Source: Macrostomum lignano
Taxonomy: Eukaryota
Direction of reading: 5' to 3'
Length of the DNA stretch: 64,000 nucleotides
NCBI GenBank assembly: GCA_002269645.1
Contig: NIVC01002687.1
Coordinates: forward strand, 62,001 to 126,000
This document shows positions 48,315-62,044 of the stretch, piece by piece. A model generated the notes under the pieces. It was not told the DNA's origin. It saw only the letters and a program-made list of their open reading frames with translations, and searched no databases. Both the position numbers and the translations under genes were made by a program. Position 1 is the stretch's first letter. Each line of letters opens with the position of its first letter.

Positions 48315-50730
48315 TTTGTTGGTGATTACTGATCAATAAGCAGCAGTGATTAGTGAGAATGCATGGAATTTGTAAAATATTTTATTACCATCAAATTCAA
48401 TTTGGCTGAATATAATCCAGCTATTGAACTATTAAATAAAATAATGCACAAGCTAAGAAGTTAAACAGAAAACCTATTTATAGAAACATAGGTTATTGGT
48501 TCATTCTGTTTAACCTATTTGAGTGTGTGTGTGTGTGTGTGTGTTAGGAATATCTATAAAAAGGCTAACTCTTACATTTATTTCAAGGACAAAAACCTGT
48601 CTTGAATGATACAGTTCAAGAACAAGAAATGTTTGCATGGTTTGAAGGATAGAACTTAAAAAGGTTTTAGAAGACACAGTTGAAGGTATAGCACTATGTG
48701 TTGTAGATATAACACTACAACACTGCCCAGTCATTGATTTATATAAGTATGCTTCTACGAGTATTATCTATGGCAGATATTAATGATGAAATACAGTTCT
48801 ACAGCGCTAAGCTAAGAAGCCAGAGCGGCATTTCCTACTGCTTGTTTTTACACTTCGTCCCACTGCAATTATCTGCCTTTTTTTCTTAGTTGTAGCACCC
48901 GCTACAAAGGATAGGGTTGGGTTTGTGTTGCAATGTGGTATATATTTAGATGATAGAAGAACATTTTTTGCCTAGAACATTTGAATAATAAGATAGGCTT
49001 CACAAGGTAGTTAAATACATTTAAAAGACAAAAATAGGGGTTGAGTTGTTTCCAAAGATATAATAAAAGCTAAGATAACTTGTATTTTAGAAGCAAAGCA
49101 ATATAATTGTCACAGGGTCTTTGTTATTTATCCCACTATGTTACTAAATTGTGGTTTACTGTAATCTCTTAGAATCATCTTACCACTATTACCAAAGTTG
49201 TTGCAGGGCTGACTCAATTTGGAATCCTACTAAATACTATCAAGTTGTAGTAAGGATTCTTTATCTTCTAATGTAACACTTAAATGTACTTTTAACACTG
49301 CATTATACACTAGTAGCATATCATATATTACTGGCCTGAGTAGTCTTTAGGCACTTACTTAGCCTATGTATTTCCCTATTTTGAAATGTGCTCCTATTGA
49401 GGGTTTCTCTCAGTCTGGGCATTACTAAGATTAGAAGGTTACAGCTCATATTTTAATAATTATTTTGACTTAGGCAATTCCTTAGATTCTGAATCTAGAT
49501 GTCTCATTTCTAAATGGTTATTTCTCTTAAAGTTTGGGAATTTGTTGATTTACTATTTATTACTCAAATAACTGGTACTGAGATAACTATTAGCCCTAGG
49601 CTACTTATCAATTTGGTCTTAAAGTAGTATAGTTAGAGATTGAAGAGCTCAAGTATTTGAGTGAATAAAACAAAACAAGTCAAGTTTATGATTTTTGTTT
49701 ACTTGCTATTATTTATACTAAAACATTAGCTATTTAAAACATAATTATATAGTAATATTCATAATATTTATAAAATATTTTTCATATATATACAGCCTAA
49801 CAAACTTACAAAATTTATGGCAAGCTATGCATACCATAAACAATTTCGATTCTGCAATGCACAAGTAAGAAAACACTTTTTCAACAAGAGAAATAGCATT
49901 TTTGATTAGAAAATTGTCTATAACCAAGCTAGAAAAAGTCAAGAGACAGAAAATACAGACAGGAAAAGTTAACTAAAAGAATGTTTACTTGTGCCTCCTT
50001 AGTTTGCCATCCCAGCTTACCAAATCTTACAATGCAGCAAGCAGTCAAACAGTGACAACAAGCACTGAAGTAGCCAAGCAAGCCTAGCAAAACTTGGACC
50101 TAAACAGTGAATCAAGCAATAAGTCCAAAGTCAATAACTCCAAATACCAATGCTTGAGCTAATTCTCTTTCTGAGTTCCTTGAGGTAAGTAGAGTAAATC
50201 TGGGATTCTTTGCATTTACTAATATGGATGATGGCTAGATGAAAATGGAGATAATAATAAAATTATAATAAACTGCTTTATAGACTTAGAGCTTAGAAGC
50301 CCTGCACTGTTTCTGAGATGACAAAGGTGATTGGCATTTGCATTTTTGAGCTGTTCAAAAACTGGAGCTGACAACTTACTAGTCAAAGGGCTTATTCTAC
50401 TTCCATTCCTATTTTTAAAGCATGAAGATGCTCCTTGCTTGCAGTTTTAGCAGATCATGACATTGCTGCATTGCTATGATTATTGACTTTGACACTGATG
50501 ATCCCTTGTGCAAGATAAGGCCATTCCTAGATATTATCTAGATAGTTTGTAAAAACAGCTACTTGCCTAGTCAAAGCATTGCCATTGATAAAGTGCTGCA
50601 CATTTCTACAAAGAGATGCTGCTTTTTAAGTAGTACATGCCGAATAAGAGAACCAAGTTTAGGCCAGGCATAAATAGCTTTCTAAAAACTTTATGAAACT
50701 ATCTTGATACATTCAAACACTATTGCAAAT

Positions 50731-53700
50731 TAGGGGTCCCAATCCTGGGATCCTGAGTTCCTGGGATCCCCAGGATCCCGGCTTTTTGTTACTGTTTGGG
50801 ATCCTGGGATTAGGGGTCTGGGATCCCAGTAAACATGGGATTGGAATTCACACTTTGCAAAAATGAATATTTTTTGTTTTGCAGTTAGCATTTTAGCACT
50901 TAACAGTTTTGAGAGAATTTTTACATCCTGAGAATGAAGTTATAGAATGAAGGACAGTAGGACTATCAACAATCATCTGTATCAAGCACTACTACTTGTC
51001 ACTAGACTGAGTCTAGTCTAGACTCTAGTCTAGCTGTCTAAGTGGCGATGGCTTTGACACTGGGCCCACTGGCCCAGACCCCTCCGCAGGGCATAGGCGC
51101 AGCTAAGGAAAGGAAAGGGGTAGAAAAAGGGGGTAGGATGGGGACTGGGTTCTGATTGCTAAACCTGAGCCTCTGTGCTGTGTGTGAGGTGGTCTGTGTT
51201 GGGGGCAGAGAGAGGCACCAGCGCAGCATATACAGTCCTAATCTGAGGAGAGAGGGTGTTAGTTTAGTATGTATTATGTACAACTATACATGGATTAGAT
51301 AGTGAAAATGAACACTGAACACTGAACATTGGACAAGGACAAGAAAACCAAGGCTCATGACCTTGGGTGGTTTATCTCTATATATAAAATTTAACTAAGC
51401 AATCATAAACAACTAGAAGGAAACTGGCAAGGAAGTATTTTGGAAGTATTTTGACAAGCTTTTGGGCAAAGAAGCACACTGTACGATTTGTTTGTATGCA
51501 ATTCCTACCAAAGGGGGGTCAACCAAAGGCCTACTAATGCATCCTCAAACTCGCCATAATATTGACCCAAATGACACAAGCAAAGCCATCATGAAGCCTG
51601 AAACTGAAAGCAACGATTTGTCTGTTCTGTGATGCCAGAACCCTTGGAACATCAGAGCCTCCTGCTGCAGCTGCAGTTCTTTCTGCTGGCCCTGGGCCTG
51701 TTCCTTGTGGTGCAAGTGCAATTGAACAAAATGAGCATCCCCATAAACTACAAGTACAAGCCAAGACGCCCAAGAGGGCCTGTTTGGTCACTGACTATTT
51801 TCCATCAACAAAGGACAATGCGGCCCTTGTGTTTTTGCAAATGGTTGCCAAGGATGGCATTCCATTTCAAGTTTTCGTGACATTTCAGGACCTGCGAGCT
51901 GGACTGGCAGCTTGGGCATTCATGTGCCAAACTCAGCAACTACCATTCGATCGCAAGTGATGGATTTTGCTGCCTCAGTTGAGCGCCAAATTTGCAATGA
52001 TCTCCTGAAGCGTTGGGATCAAGGTGAGCTCCTGCAAATTGTTTAGGCATGACAAATTATCCATAAATTAATGATTGTATACAAGATATATTGTTCAGTA
52101 AAAATAACTAATATGACAGGTGAGTGCTTTGCACTCAGTTTGGACGAATGGACTGGTGTGAATAACAAGCGCTATCTAAACATCAACATTCATCTGTCAG
52201 ACTGCACTCAGTGCACTGTCTACAATCTTGGGCTGGTTTGAATTACTGGATCACTGCCAGCTGATTGTCTCAAAGAAATGTTGATACAACGCATTTCCGA
52301 GTTTGGGCTTAATGCTAAGGACATCACAGCCTGCACCACTGATGGAGCTTTGCTGATGCGGACGGTCAATGGATTTTGAGCACCAACTGTGCTAGTGCTA
52401 TGCTCATGGTGTGCATCTTGCTGTTTGTGACGTCCTGTATATCAAGCGATTAAGTGAGAAGGAGCAGGCCATTGATAGGGATAGTCATCATCACAACACT
52501 GAGGGCAGCAATACCAACAGCAACAGTGTCAGTGAGGAGGAGCATGACGATGATGAGGCAGACGCAGTGAACTTTGATCAGCTAACTGCACCTCCAAGGC
52601 CCTTGATGATAGAACTGTTGAATATAGTGAAGATTGTCAGGAGAGTGGTGAAGCTGTTTTGCTCCAGCATTGTTTGCAATGATAAGCTGCAGAAGTTTGT
52701 GAAGGAGAATTTTGGAAAGGAACTGTTACTGTTACTTGACACACTGATGCAGTGGAACTCCCTTGTGTCAATGATGGAATGCTTTGTCTTGCTGCATAAA
52801 CAAGTGCGCAAGGCACTTGTGTGCTTGGAGATGCCACTGCCATTTATGCAACAGACTGTCAAGCAGGCGAAGGAAGTAGCCGATGTGTTGAAACCACTGG
52901 AGCTGATCGTCCAGACATTTTCTTGGCATGATTGCAACCTGAGCATGGCTGAAGTTGCTATTGGATTCGCAATTGAAGAGCTGAAGGGACTGGACTCATC
53001 CCTGTCCAAACAGCTTGGCTACACGCTGGAGAGTTGCATCAGCGAGCGAAGAAGCAGCATCACCATTGCTGTGAATGTCCTATCACGTGGCAGACAGACA
53101 AAGACAATCTCTGAGTTCAATGCTGCGAAGCATCTTTTAGTCTTGATGGCAGACAAGTTGAACCTAGGCGCCAGTGCCAGCAAAGATCCATAGGCAGCTG
53201 ATTGCGTGGAAATTGGAGCCAACAAGGAGATTGTCAGCAGCATACCTTAGGCAACAATAGAAGAAGGACTGTGACTGGCATTAGAGGGCTGGCACTCAGG
53301 CCAAGGGCAAGAAGTCCTGCTGAATAGGGAAAATTCCATTGAGGCAAGGGTTGGGCGTGAGCTGGAATTCCTGCGGGCTACAGGGCAGGAGGGGAGATGC
53401 TACAGCTGCTGTACCAATCACTGATAGCCATTCTAGCAACTAGTGTTGAAGCTAAGCATGCTTTTCCCATTGCAGGCATCCTCTTGACAAAAGTTAGGTC
53501 CAAGCTGAGCGACACAACACTCTCCAAGCTTGCCCTTTTGAGAGCCTACTTTGCTAACCAGACAAAGTAGCTTGCATTGCTGAACATCATGTAGAATAAG
53601 CAATAATATGGACAACTTGCAATTCATTCATGGCTTTTTGTGCTGTTATAACAACCCCAATTTGTGTATGCTCATAATTTTTACAATTGAACTATCACCT

Positions 53701-54138
53701 ATCATTGTCACTTGCCAGAGTTGCAAGTTTCCATGTCACAGAAACAGTTCAGTTGCAAATTTCTATTACTGCTGCTAGTAGCCTGGAACTTGTATTGCAT
53801 TGCATGATTTGCGATAGAAGATATATAGCATTGATGGAAGGCGTAGCCAGTTGAAACAGGAATGAATATGACAATTTTACAAGGAATAAGTGAGTGACCA
53901 AGGATAAGTGAAATGAAATGAAATAACTTAACTTTTTTATCAATATCAATGCAGTATAAGCTAGAAGAATGGAAAGTAGAAACCCAAATGATGCTTAAAT
54001 TAGCTGAGAAATTTGTTTTGTGGGCAATGGAAAGCTTCCCATCAATTTGTTTATTCAATCCAAGGATTGGCTCAGGATCCTAGGATTGGGTCAATTTTTT
54101 GTCTGGGATTATAAAATGTCCAGGATTTGGGACCCCTA
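50731..54138 (+). mobile_element. Full-length but decayed autonomous-type hAT transposon (3,408 bp)
   Basis: 8-bp TSD TTGCAAAT at 50723-50730 and 54139-54146. TIRs TAGGGGTCCCAATCCTGG and CCAGGATTTGGGACCCCTA, with transposase remnants inside. Confidence 0.92.
51420..53570 (+). pseudogene. hAT transposase pseudogene
   Basis: BED finger FWKYF...HCTIC...GGSTKGLLMH..RH; LSLDEWT (D); CTTDGA (D); C.AH..HLAV; DT..QWNS..M; C-terminal dimerisation remnant TSVEAKHAF..AG..LTKVRSKL. Broken by stops and frameshifts, e.g. TGA in GLV*ITGS and TAG at 53193. Confidence 0.85.
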
Positions 54139-54234
54139 TTGCAAATGAATAGTTTAGCAATGACATGCACTAGCTCTTAATCAGTAAAAAATACTGGTTG
54201 TTCCCAAAGATAAAAGGACTAACTATATGAAAAG

Positions 54235-55870
54235 CAGTGCTGGGCGTTAACTAGTTAATTGTTTAACTAGTTAATTAACTAGTTAAATTTTTTTTAAAAA
54301 TCGTTAAATTTTCGTTAAATTTTTTATGTATTAACTAGTTAACAAAAATTGTTAATTTTTTTCTGAAGTTAAAGTTAAATGACAAAAGTTAATAATTCTG
54401 GGAAATGGAGTTCCCCGGGTTCAAAATCCGCGGGTTTCAACAGCTTGTACGCCATTAAAAAGTAAAATTAATACATACATAAAATAACTTCGCCTTTCTA
54501 AGCATTATTTAACGCGTCACAAACTACTATTACATGTATATATTTCAGTTACAAGTTATAATGTATAGAATATTCGGAAGATTCTGGAATCTTCAACTAT
54601 TATCTATTGATATTCTACCCAAGGACTACTAGAAGTTATCGTTGTACATAGGGATGTCGATTCCCCGGGGAATTTTCTTATCGGGGACCCGGGGAATTTA
54701 CTGTCATTCCCCAGGGACCCCGGGGAAAAAAATAAGTAAAAAACGGCGGATAACTTAGATCTTTATAAGTCACTAAGTGGCATTTTTTAAACTTTGATTA
54801 AAGCTTTGGATGGACTACATGTTCAAGGCGCAAGGGTAAAAACTTTAAGCAATGTTTGTTTAAAACTGTATTTGACAATATGGCATCACCAAATCGTGCG
54901 CGCACCTTTATCAGAAAGGGTCCAGACTCCGGAGGCGGAAAATGCATACTCAGCAGCTGCACTCGAGGGAGGATAATTAATGAATGAGACTGTTTTTATA
55001 ATCGAAATTTTAATTTCTTGCAGATACAAATAAATCACCATTTTGTCCTGTCTAATACGGAGTATTTTGTTATTGTATGATACCCCCCTATGCGTCAGTG
55101 ACTGACGCAGGATATGGCGCTGTGCCTGCGTCAAATGTGTCAAGCCGTCAACGCAGACCAACACAATAGTCAGTAAGGCTTCTTTTTCCTGACGGGTTTC
55201 TACGCTCGTACGTTCAATTTGCTTGATTGAAAGACTCATAGTGAAAAAAACATTCAAACGGGTCGCTAATTTCATAAGACCGAAATTTCACAACGCCAAA
55301 AATTTTGCATGCAATACAATCCTTATTGTAAAGTTTTCTACGATGTGAAATTTCGGTCTTATGAAGTTTCGGTCTTGTGAAGTATGGTGTTTCGGCGTTG
55401 TGAAATTTCGGTCTTATGAACCCCCCCATTCAAACGTGTGTTGTGTTTGAAATAATACATTGAAATAAGCAGTTTTGCGGTAAAAAAGCATAGACAGAGT
55501 TTCAATCAGCTTTCTGTGAATAATTTTCTTATTTAAATGGCAAAAATTTAGTTAAAAATGCTTTTTTTCTCCCCGGGGTCCCCGGTCTAATTCCCAGGGG
55601 AGTATTCCCCGACAAGCTCCCCAGGGCGCCGCGACCTGGCCACAGCCGCGCCGCGCCGACCTGAAATTTAAAAAACACGCCGAACACATGTCCGGGAAAA
55701 TGTCACTTTTTCTGTTAGGGAATTATTAACTTTAACTTTTAACTTTTCAGAAGTTAAGTTTTGGGCAAAAGTTAAATAATTAACTAGTTACAGTTAATTT
55801 TTTTGGAGCAATTAAATTAACTTTTTAACTTTTAACGAGTTAAAAAAATTGATTAACTTGCCCAGCACTG
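54235..55870. mobile_element. Non-autonomous hAT-type element (1,636 bp) with an internal hAT C-terminal remnant (~54800-54985, minus strand)
   Basis: 8-bp TSD ATGAAAAG at 54227-54234 and 55871-55878. TIRs CAGTGCTGGGC and GCCCAGCACTG, with subterminal GTTAAC/AACTAGTT motifs. The internal piece reads PSSAAAEYAFSASG. Confidence 0.88.
55261..55427. mobile_element. Mutator-type mini-MITE nested in the 54235-55870 element
   Basis: 9-bp direct repeat ATTCAAACG at 55252-55260 and 55428-55436. Inverted repeats TTCATAAGACCGAAATTTCACAACGCC and GGCGTTGTGAAATTTCGGTCTTATGAA. Confidence 0.7.
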
Positions 55871-57552
55871 ATGAAAAGTATTATAGTAACTTATCTAAAT
55901 TAAGTCTTGCAATTTACTAGTAAGTATAAAAGATTCTTAGAATTGTTTGCTAATAGGATCAGCAAGTTACCAAAGAGATAGGACAAATATATAGGCCTAG
56001 TCCTAGCTGAGTAGCAACTACATAGAAAAGTATGACTCAAATGTTTAGACTTAAAGCTACTGGCTACTTTAATTAGGCCTAGCAGTTTAACTCTAAGGTA
56101 TAAATTGCATAGGCCCTTATGTATACATTCTAAGCCTTGGGCTATGCTAGGCTAGGCCCTAATAAGAATATAAATCCTATTTAATGCCATTTAGCACTTA
56201 TTATTATTATTATTAAAAGTTTAAAACGTACATATTTTTAATAAAAATATATTATGCCAATAGGCCTCGAGCCAATTTTATTAAAAAAAGTTAAGTTAAA
56301 TACAAAATTTGGATAAAGTATATTTAGCAACATTGAAAAGTCACTACTCTATGCACCGATGAGCAATTTCTCTTGGACTATTCTGAAATAAAAGATACAA
56401 GAAAACTGATTGAGGTCATAGGCCTAGTCCAGATCATGCTAGATATAGACCTATACCTAAACAAAAATTGAATAGATAGACAATAGATAGCCTAGGCCTA
56501 CAAATGCACACCAAAAAATTAAGCACTTGCATTGCCCTGACTCTTAAATCTAGGCCTGAATAACTATTAGGCTGAATAAGACTGAATAACTAATAGTTAT
56601 AATAACTATTATAAATAATAACTAAATTTTTAAGAATGTGCAAGAAATTTTCATACTAGGCTGGCCACCATTGTCAAGTAGGTAGGCTCACTATTGATAA
56701 TAATATCATTATGTCCTATGCAAAAAGTTTTCCCTAAAACCTGTGACATCACTGACATGCTGATGCCATCATGCTGATGCTATGCCCTTAGGCCTTAGGC
56801 CCCCTATATGCAGGGGGTAGGAAAACTCTAAGAGCTCTTAGTAAGAGCACCCATTAGGCCTCAAATGGTGGACAGACTAAAGCTAATATCACAGTTCTAA
56901 TTTTGAACTGAGCTGATATAGGCAGATAGCCTGAGATAGGCCTAGTGATATTGTGATATCTGCAGATTTATGTAGGGCCTAGATTGCAATTATTAGATAT
57001 AGACCTAGTTTAAGGAAGCTCAGACACTGTTTGTACAGGTGGCACCCTTGTATTTCAGGCATATAGGAAAAAATTATGGCTAACTTTAATTCAAAGCCTA
57101 GAATACTACGACATAAACCTGCACCCATATACCCCTATACGTACACGTAGCCGCTGTGGCGTCATGATAATTAAATTAGTAGTAGTAGTAGTAGTAGTAA
57201 GTTTGGCTAACTATTTCGTATCAAAATGTCGCATGTAGGCGACTTTGAAATAACTCTAACTCTATAACATAATAAAACAAATTTGCAGCGTTAACACATT
57301 TTTTTCTGAGCACTAACGGTACAAAAAACAAAAATCTATAGAACTGCAGTTTTTCTATTGACTAATTTTGTTCACAATAGCCTCTTAATTTGTACATGTT
57401 CCAATTGTGCAACAACTACATATGTAATCGGTCTACAATGCACGCGTATGCATGTGCGAGCGTACAAAAATCAAGGCGTCAACCTTGACAACATTCAGGT
57501 ATGATTGTTTACATGTAATGTATTTCATGTCTACACACTGCACAGGCACATT

Positions 57553-57725
57553 CAAGGACTACTCAAGTAGAAGGATGGGAATTACTTTGCATGCATATGT
57601 ACGTTTCTTGGAAATTTTTAGGGAAAAGCAGGTTCTACCGAAAGATAAATTGCAGAGAATGGAGGTTTTAAGTAAAACCTGTCTCCTAAACATAGAGTCC
57701 CCTCGTTCTACTTGAGTAGTCCTTG
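57553..57725. mobile_element. Small inverted-repeat element (possible MITE)
   Basis: CAAGGACTACTCAAGTAGAA and TTCTACTTGAGTAGTCCTTG form a perfect 20-bp inverted pair. No TSD seen. Confidence 0.4.
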
Positions 57726-58812
57726 GTACAATGTGTATAATATCGTGATGAAGTTACATTTAAATATATATAGAAGCCAGGCAAAGTTACATGTATGAGC
57801 GTACTGGGTCGAGTGAGGAGTGACCCCTCCCAGGTAAGAAAGTATTTACATGCATGTACTACACTACACTGTACAATAAGAGAAGCCCAATTAAATATTC
57901 GTCAAGTAAATCTGCTAAAATCGATCAATTATAGTCTCCTATATTGACTAATTGGACGTCATTTTGAAATCGAATTACATGCAGTATATGTAGCGGTAAA
58001 ACCTTCCGTCATGACCGCGGTATTGAACTGAATATAGAAGTTTATAGACTGATTTATTTTACCATTGATGCAAAGATGGCAGCGATTAGTGCATTGTAGA
58101 GGTCTACAGTTCGTCTGCCAGCAAGAATATAACATTATTATCGTGCAGCATGCAGTGCGTACGATGGGAACACGAAACGAAAAAACAATTCTGCAGCAAA
58201 CCCAAAATTAGCATTTTAGTATTTGCACATATTTTAGATGGTTTTACGGTATTTTAAAAATGTTTAAAATCTGCTGTTTAGTTGAATCTGGTAATAGTGC
58301 TATCGCATATATAGCTTGAGTCTTTATCTTAACAGGTAACAGATTTTAATATCTATAATTCAGTGATAAGGGTTGCCCTAAGGAATTAGCTTACACAAAC
58401 CATTGCAAAACAATTAAAATATCACTGTGGTAAAGTTGCGCGTCTGAGAGAAAGTAGAATTAAGAAGGTGCGGGTTATCATTTTGTATGATAACGCTCAC
58501 ATTCTTAATTAAAATACCAATATTCATGGCGCATAAAATTTGGCTAAATCAGTTTTGAACGTACAAAGTTAAAGATTGTATTATAATTATTTATTTAAAC
58601 CCTGTTTACGAATAGGATTTGCGTTTCGAAAACTCCCAAACAGCGAAAAGAATTAGACTCTGGTTAGATCGCGTCACAAGGTATGCAAGGTATGAAAATG
58701 GTTAAATTTGCAGGACGTATTCAGTTTTTTGCACTTTCCAAAGTCAGTATCTCGGATACGAACAGAAATACGCAAAACGAAGATGTAAACAATGAAGCTG
58801 GGCCACGCAGGC

Positions 58813-61800
58813 TCAGGCGGTGAAGGATTTCAGCATGTTGTAAAACTCGTCCACAGTCGGCAGGTCAACGTCTTCGAGTTTCAGCTCGGGCAGCTCCGGG
58901 CCAGACAGTCTGCGCTGAACCAACTCTTTGTAGCCTGCTGCGAGGTCTGTGCGAGCTGTGGGAGGCGGGCAGGGGGGTCACTGCTGAGAGGTCTGTGCGA
59001 GCTGTGGGAGGCGGGGGGTCACTGCTGAGAGGTCTGTGCGAGCTGTGGGAGGCAGGGGGGTCACTGCTGAGAGGTCTGTGCGAGCTGTGGGAGGCGGGGG
59101 GTCACTGCTGAGAGGTCTGTGCGAGCTGTGGGAGGCGGGGGGTCACTGCTGAGAGGTCTGTGCGAGCTGTGGGAGGCAGGGGGGTCACTGCTGAGAGGTC
59201 TGTGCGAGCTGTGGGAGGCAGGGGGGTCACTGCTGAGAGGTCTGTGCGAGCTGTGATAGGCAGGGGGGTCACTGCTGAGAGGTCTGTGCGAGCTGTGGGA
59301 GGCGGGCAGGGGGTCACTGCTGAGAGGTCTGTGCGAGCTGTGGAAGGCGGGCAGGGGGGGTCACTGCTGAGAGGTCTGTGCGAGCTGTGGGAGGCAGGCA
59401 GCTAGGGTCAGCTAGGGTCAGCTAGGGTCAAAGGCATTATACTCAGTCCAAGTCAATACAAACTGCATGCATTCATCAAAGGTTTGAGGGCGGGCAGGGG
59501 GTCAGCTAAGGTCAAAGGCATTATACTCAGTCCAGGTCAATACAAACTGCATGCATTCATCAAAGGTTTGAGGGCGGGCAGGGGGTCAGCTAAGGTCAAA
59601 GGCATTATACTCAGTCCAGGTCAATACAAACTGCATGCATTTATCAATGGTTTGAGGGCGGGCAGGGGGTCAGCTAGGGTCAGCTAGGGTCAAAGGCATT
59701 ATACTCAGTCCAGGTCAATACAAACTGCATGCATTCATCAAAGGTTTGAGGGCGGGCAGGGGGTCAGCTAGGGTCAAAGGCATTATACTCAGTCCAGGTC
59801 AATACAAACTGCATGCATTCATCAAAGGTTTGAGGGCGGGCAGGGGGTCAGCTAGGGTCAGCTAGGGTCAAAGGCATTATACTCAGTCCAGGTCAATACA
59901 AACTGCATGCATTCATCAATGGTTTGAGTCCAACCAGAACTCACAAGCGATGATCTTAGCGCAGCTGTGAGACACGTGACAGTCCGTGTCCCAGCTGAAG
60001 GTCAGCTGTGTGCCCTGAAGAATCGGAACATCCCTTGGCGTGGTCAGCCCCAGGGCTTGCAGGCATCCCAGAGGATCAGGAGAGAACCTGGCAGCCAGCT
60101 GCGGGCAGTTGGAGTACGGTCTGAACTCCGGAGCGGCAACCCGACTGACAGGCCGCCGAGGGTCTGCACCGCAGCTGATCAGTTTGCTCAGACGGGAATG
60201 CGAATGCTCATCGTAGGATTGAATGCTCAGCAGCTGCAGCAGAGTCAGCCCGCTGAACCGCCAGAGTCTGCTGCTGACACCCCAGCTGAGTTCGGAGTCG
60301 ATGTCTTTGTTGCAAGCCTTCAGCACTGGATTGCCTGTTGCGGTTGGTTTTGGTGCATTGGAGCATTTATAGCGAGAATATGCGCTACTTTCTACTTGTG
60401 AGTAGGCGAGTCAGCATCTTAAATCTTAACTGGCTAAATTTGAATTCATTTTTATCAGCCATAAGAGCAGATCAAACAGATGGAAGGAGAGACCGAAGGT
60501 CTGCGTTATGAATTCAAAGCTTGGATTGCGTGTGGCACACTTGCTCAAGCTGCTCTGCAAACATGTGGGTGGCGGATGTGGAGCAGCTAAGATTGAGATA
60601 CGAACAGAGCGGCAATAAAATCAGAGACATATATGGAACCGGATGTCCTTATATTATTTACTGAGTTGACTGAATTTACTCCTGTGCAAACTTAAACTCG
60701 CATTGGTTATAAAATCTGCAACGTCCTTCTTTAGTGTTGAGTTGCTTCTGCCGCAGCAAAGGCTAGGAGAGGAGAGCAAAGCAGATTCGAAATAGAAGGA
60801 TATTAGACTATTTTTCAGCCAATGGCAGCACAGACGGTGGGGCCCTGTCTGACAAAGCCCCGCAGTGCAGAAGGATAGGAGCGCTGATAAGGCCGCACAA
60901 ATGTGCGTCTCTTATGTATAGCGACTGGAAGAGAGGCAGCGGGAGAGAGAGGCTGGTAGCACTTGGGTTCTGTTAGTCACCGCATTCGTTAGCTGGCTGG
61001 GGGCCCTCAGAACAGAACAGAAGACTCTCAGAACCCGACATAAACAAAAATACAAAACCGGAGGGTAATTTTGCTATTTTTGGCATCTGCACGACCTGCA
61101 CTTTGCTTGTGCTGGTTGTTGAATTCGGGATTAGGATATTAAAAAGCATCATTTTAGCATTTATTTCGGTTGCCACGTGGTGTAGGGCGATAAATTGTGG
61201 AGATTAAAGATGCACGCACGCGGAAAATTCCAGAAAAAATGAAAATGCAGAAAAGAAAGATTTGCAATTTCATTTTTGCAACGTCATTTTACAATGAGAT
61301 TGCATTAAGCCGTGAGGCCAAGGACCCCTGAGACAGCCACTTCAGCTGTGAGGCCAAGGACCCCTGAGACAGCCACTACACCTGTGAGGCCAGGGACCCC
61401 TGAGATAGCCACTTCAGCTGTGAGGCCAAGGACCCCTGAGACAGCCACTTCAGCTGTGAGACCAAGGACCCCTGAGACAGCCACTTCAGCTGTGAGACCA
61501 AGGACCCCTGAGGCAGCCACTCACCGTTCACGTCCAAGTCCTGGCACAGGGTGGTCAGGACGGTCAGGAAAATTTCCTCATCCGCCGCGGGCAGCAGGGC
61601 GGCCTCGGCCAGCGCGGGCAGCAGCAGCCGATCGGAGCTGCTGGTGAACAGGCAGCAGTAGGCCACGGCTTTGGCGTTCTGCTGCTGCACCGCTTCTAGA
61701 AGAACCGTCCGACCGAAGCTGTCGGGGGTGTTGATGCCCGCGAAGAGGTCGCCGAAGGACGGGTTGCTGAGCTGGCGCTGGTTGAAGGCCACCACCTTGG

Positions 61801-61869
61801 GCCAGTTGCCCTCGCGAGCCAGCTTGTGGACCAGCCTGGGATGTGGGAGGTGGGGTTAGAGACAGACAC

Positions 61870-61907
<38 letters not shown>

Positions 61908-61953
61908 TGACAGACAGACAGACACTAAGACAGGCAGATAGACACTAACACAC

Positions 61954-62044
<91 letters not shown>

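Noticed and set aside
1-60334. Treating the inverted duplicates at the window ends as TIRs of a 60-kb transposon
   Set aside because: They are spliced host-type coding exons, the inner boundary falls within an exon, and no terminal motif or TSD can be seen. An inverted segmental duplication is simpler.
59967-60401. 144-aa plus-strand ORF
   Set aside because: Antisense to an exon that splices in frame into the minus-strand ankyrin gene; paralogue substitutions are synonymous in the minus-strand frame.
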